NCBI GenBank assembly: GCA_051439425.1
Contig: JBFRWD010000078.1
Location: 32,001-96,000 of the forward strand
Source of the DNA: Synechococcus sp.
GTDB taxonomy: Bacteria > Cyanobacteriota > Cyanobacteriia > Thermostichales > PCC-7336
Direction of reading: 5' to 3'
Length of the DNA stretch: 64,000 nucleotides
In this document: piece by piece, positions 62,327-64,000 of the stretch
Layout of the letters: every line of letters begins with the position of its first letter
Numbering within the stretch: the first letter of the stretch is position 1
Notes under the pieces: generated by a model
Told to the model about the DNA's origin: nothing
The model's input: the letters and a program-made list of their open reading frames with translations, nothing else
Database searches by the model: none
Program-made: the position numbers and the translations under genes

Positions 62327-63157
62327 TTAGCGACGGCGAAAGCTGCCAACAGTAACTTCTTTCACTAATGCCATCACAGCAGCTCGCGTCAGTTTCTCTT
62401 CTCCACGCTCCAAGGCACCTAGAGTCGCATGGGCTAAAGTCAGCGGAATTCGACAGAAATCTAATGTCGGCCCCTTGGGAAGCGCATCGGTGTAACGGTC
62501 GGCTAGAGACAGATTGTAGCGAGCATATGCTTGCATGTTATCCACAGTCCAGTCGTCAGGGAAAAAGCTAACCCCCCTGACACCATCCTCTTTGTAGTTC
62601 CGCAAGATATTGACAGACTGCAAGCCACGACCAAATCCCAACGCTAATCCGCGATCGGTTTTGGTTCCGTCATGCCATTGCCACAAATCAGACAGCATCA
62701 GGCCCACGGCACCGGCAACACTGAAGGTATAGCTATCTAAGTCCGCTTTGGTGTGAATCGTCCAATTAACATCAGCCCAATAGGCCATGCGATCGGCCAT
62801 TGCTGCAGTCGCATCCCAAATGCGGGGAGCAATATCGGGGGGAGCCAGTAGCGCCCATTCTCCAATCCGCAGACTAACTTCAGGGAGAATATCCTCATGA
62901 TCTTGCAGCCCCATCGCAAACTGCTCAGCAGACGATTCAGCAATTCCCGCTTGCAAGTTGAGACTCACTTGTCTGAGGAGTCGAGACTTGATGGCGTTCG
63001 GAAGCTCGGGGTGATCTTCGATTTCATCGATCGCCCGCATACAAAGATAAGCTGCGGACACCGCTTCTAATAACCCATCAGGTAAGCGGCTAATAGGAAT
63101 GTAGAAAGTTCGACTGGTCTTTTCTAAGATGTCTAATGCGTTCTTCCGAATACTCAT
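62327..63157 (-). CDS. Squalene synthase (phytoene/squalene synthase family)
   Basis: TSRTFYIPI, AYLCMRAIDEIED, YTFSVAGAVG, FGRGLQSVNILRN. ATG at 63157. Confidence 0.88.
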   Translation of the reverse strand: MSIRKNALDILEKTSRTFYIPISRLPDGLLEAVSAAYLCMRAIDEIEDHPELPNAIKSRLLRQVSLNLQAGIAESSAEQFAMGLQDHEDILPEVSLRIGEWALLAPPDIAPRIWDATAAMADRMAYWADVNWTIHTKADLDSYTFSVAGAVGLMLSDLWQWHDGTKTDRGLALGFGRGLQSVNILRNYKEDGVRGVSFFPDDWTVDNMQAYARYNLSLADRYTDALPKGPTLDFCRIPLTLAHATLGALERGEEKLTRAAVMALVKEVTVGSFRRR

Positions 63158-63389
63158 GCCGCTCGTCCTCACACAACTCATCTAGAGCATACAGTTACCG
63201 TTGCTTGCAGGCTAGAACTGCAGTCGGCCAGGACAATCCTTGCCAAGCAATTCAGTTAGCTGAAATGATAGCTCCTCGTTGAGAGTTCTCCACGAAAACA
63301 GCCACCATCGACGCAGGCAATCTACGAACCAATCGCAATTGCAAGCTCTAGATTGCTACCAGTATGTCTGGATAGTACCCATTTCTGCA

Positions 63390-64000
63390 TTAGAGAGTAA
63401 TGGGGGTAGAACGAATAGAGCGATGATTAGCCAGTTCGGCAGCCAACACAATCGCCTCGATCAAGCTGCGGGGATCGGCTATTCCTCGGCCAGCAATATC
63501 AAAGGCAGTGCCGTGATCGGGGGATGTTCGAATAAACGGCAACCCAACCGTGACATTCACGGCGCGATCGAACGCCATCAGCTTCACTGGAATCAGTCCT
63601 TGATCGTGATAGAGCGCAAGATACGCATCTGGCAGAGAGAAGGATCTGACCTCCTGATGGTCTGTAAACCAAGCTTTACCGGCTGGTACCCACATTGTAT
63701 CGGGAGGAATGGGTCCCTTAGCTTCCGGAAACTCTTGAATGATGCCCTCTATCCACTCAATTTCTTCTTGTCCCAATTGCCCTGCTTCGCCACTATGAGG
63801 GTTTAGCCCCGCCACAGCAATCTGAGGGGCCTCAATCCCGAAATCTCGTCTCAAGGTGTCAATTAGAAGTTGTATTTTGTGGCGCAACACCTCTGGAGTC
63901 AAGAGTTCCGGCACCTGTCGCAAAGCAATGTGGGTTGTGGCAAGCAGAGCGATGAGCCGCCATTGAGTGTGAGGCGAGCGGGCAACAAACATCATGCCAA
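63390..64000 (-). CDS. pdxA: 4-hydroxythreonine-4-phosphate dehydrogenase, 5' end outside the window
   Basis: [46 protein letters not shown]. Confidence 0.96.
   Translation of the reverse strand, partial: GMMFVARSPHTQWRLIALLATTHIALRQVPELLTPEVLRHKIQLLIDTLRRDFGIEAPQIAVAGLNPHSGEAGQLGQEEIEWIEGIIQEFPEAKGPIPPDTMWVPAGKAWFTDHQEVRSFSLPDAYLALYHDQGLIPVKLMAFDRAVNVTVGLPFIRTSPDHGTAFDIAGRGIADPRSLIEAIVLAAELANHRSIRSTPITL

Overview
This is a cyanobacterial chromosome segment. The evidence is abundant HIP1 GCGATCGC octamers, psbH/psbN/psb27, crtQ and NtcA-type promoters. Most of it is housekeeping: a partial phosphomannomutase, TamB, pyrF, an NDP-sugar nucleotidyltransferase, LCP, cofG, tatA, accC, ruvA, nadD, Tex, asnB, ktrB, atpC, rnc, cysE, Ycf46, tocopherol cyclase, tandem glnN+glnA, PucC, rodA, recQ, ugd, a hopanoid cluster (hpnG/hpnA/hpnH/squalene synthase) and a partial pdxA. 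The strongest candidate for an undescribed system is an A+T-rich four-gene operon at 34664-37476 (minus strand) beside a decayed transposase. It encodes (i) a secreted acidic two-repeat protein, (ii) an 84-aa secreted peptide whose C-terminal 36 residues hold 13 Glu, (iii) an SdpA/LMF-like partner and (iv) an HTTM membrane protein retaining the NH and Lys motifs of vitamin K-dependent gamma-glutamyl carboxylase. This could be a split bacterial Glu-modifying (gamma-carboxylation-like) peptide maturation system. Other notable items are a PII paralogue with a rewritten T-loop behind an NtcA box, three copies of a 105-bp TA-flanked MITE-like element, a TetR regulon with three operators, a UDP-glucuronate decarboxylase pseudogene deleted at a microhomology, and an atpC with no atpD beside it. 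All family calls come from motif recognition by eye; no searches were run.
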